Shown in pieces: positions 24,124-25,061 of a stretch of 25,061 bases of DNA. Numbering within the stretch: the stretch's first letter is position 1; each line of letters begins with the position of its first letter. Both the position numbers and the translations under genes were made by a program. Source of the stretch: Candidatus Heimdallarchaeota archaeon. GTDB lineage: Archaea; Asgardarchaeota; Heimdallarchaeia; Heimdallarchaeales; Heimdallarchaeaceae. Under the pieces are notes generated by a model. It had not been told where the DNA came from. It saw nothing but the letters and a program-made list of their open reading frames with translations, and did not search any database. Location: NCBI GenBank assembly GCA_016840095.1, contig JAEOSZ010000078.1, positions 1 to 25,061 of the forward strand. Direction: 5' to 3'.

Positions 24124-25061
24124 ATGGGTGGAATACGAAAATACAGAAAGAAAATTCTTACTCCTGGTCATCCTTATGATAAAGATCGTATTGAACGAGA
24201 GTTGCCTTTAGTTGGTGAGTATGGATTACGAAATAAAAAGGAATTGTGGAAAGCTAGAACACTATTATCAAAAGCAAGACAACAAGCTCGTGCTCTTCTA
24301 GCTTTAACACCAGAAGTTAGAGAACAAAGAGCAACTGAATTATTATCTCGATTAACTCGTTTTGGTATGTTGCCAAAGGGTGGAGATCTCGATTCTGTTC
24401 TTGCACTAGATGTTAAAACTGTACTCAATCGCAGATTGCAAACTGTGGTTTATAAAAAAGGATTAGCATCTTCACCTTATCAAGCAAGACAATTCATAAC
24501 ACATAGACACATCGCATTAAACAGAGCAGTTGTTACTTCACCTGGTATGCTTGTTAAAATAGATGAAGAGGAGAATATTGATTATGCTCCACGATCACCT
24601 TTAGTAAAGCCTGATCATCCATCAAGACCACAAGCACCTCCGACTCAAGTTGAAGCACCTCCTGTAAAGAAAGAAGGTCCAAGAGGTAAACCTAAACCTG
24701 CTCCTGAGAAGAAACCTCCAGCAAAACCCAAACCTGAAGTTAAAGAAGAAAAGCCCCCAGTTGAGAAGAAACCTCCAGCAGAACCTAAACCTGAGGTCAA
24801 GAAAGAAAAACCTCCAGTCGAGAAGAAACCTCCAGCAGAACCTAAACCTGAGGTCAAGAAAGAAAAGCCCCCAGTCGAGAAGAAACCTCCAGTTGAGAAG
24901 AAACCAGCTGCTCCTAAAGCTGATATCTCAGAAATTAAAGGTGTTGGAGCCAAAACAGCAATGCTTCTTAAAGAGCATGGTTTTGATACAGTCGATAAGG
25001 TAGCTAAAGCTAAACCTGAAGATTTATCCAAGGTTCCAGGAATTGGTCCTGCTACAGCAGC
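24124..25061 (+). CDS. rps4: 30S ribosomal protein uS4 fused to a Pro/Lys/Glu repeat linker and a tandem HhH domain (3' truncated by the window; absent from the ORF track)
   Basis: Hand translation: TPGHPYDK, EYGLRNKKELWK, LNRRLQTVV, QARQFITHRHI; reading frame open to the window end. Confidence 0.96.
   Translation, partial: MGGIRKYRKKILTPGHPYDKDRIERELPLVGEYGLRNKKELWKARTLLSKARQQARALLALTPEVREQRATELLSRLTRFGMLPKGGDLDSVLALDVKTVLNRRLQTVVYKKGLASSPYQARQFITHRHIALNRAVVTSPGMLVKIDEEENIDYAPRSPLVKPDHPSRPQAPPTQVEAPPVKKEGPRGKPKPAPEKKPPAKPKPEVKEEKPPVEKKPPAEPKPEVKKEKPPVEKKPPAEPKPEVKKEKPPVEKKPPVEKKPAAPKADISEIKGVGAKTAMLLKEHGFDTVDKVAKAKPEDLSKVPGIGPATA
24706..24906 (+). repeat. 57-bp tandem repeat (3 copies plus partial copies) encoding EKKPPAEPKPEVKKEKPPV
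   Basis: GAGAAGAAACCTCCAG starts at 24706, 24763, 24820 and 24877 (period 57); extra GAGAAGAAACC at 24895. Confidence 0.95.

Noticed and set aside
24706-24906. 57-bp periodic repeat as a possible CRISPR array
   Set aside because: Whole units repeat with no unique spacers, the period is a multiple of 3 inside an open frame, and no cas genes are present.
24761-25003. 80-aa + strand ORF in the track
   Set aside because: Out-of-frame shadow of the rps4 repeat linker.

Overview
AT-rich archaeal housekeeping region built around the S10/spc/alpha ribosomal-protein superoperon. An Asgard (Heimdallarchaeia-like) origin is my impression from the protein sequences and is not verified. From left to right it contains: tRNA-Ile(GAU); an NTF2/SnoaL-like protein; a small hypothetical; an autoantigen-p27/UPF0148 Zn-ribbon protein; Hef helicase-nuclease; ValRS; an inverted uL22-uS3-uL29-Rpp29 block; uS17 to uL6; eL32 to uL15; a UPF0200-like P-loop kinase; an inverted secY-[Gfo/Idh/MocA, Trm9-like MTase]-DUF106-eL34-cmk-eL14-cbf5 block; tRNA-Ser(GGA); uS13; and uS4, which runs off the window end. 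No mobile element or CRISPR array was seen. Most notable: (1) uS4 is fused through a 57-bp-repeat Pro/Lys/Glu linker to a tandem helix-hairpin-helix domain. (2) uS3, uL24 and eL32 carry long charged tails, repeat-expanded in uS3 and eL32. (3) Structured leaders of about 140-150 nt precede rps17 and rps13. (4) The superoperon is broken by two local inversions, and each piece has its own BRE/TATA-like promoter. (5) secY contains a sharp island of NCG codons/CpG with palindromes and has a start-occluding hairpin. Several start codons were moved downstream of the ORF track, which often opened at the GTG inside a GGTGA Shine-Dalgarno. All structures and counts are by hand.
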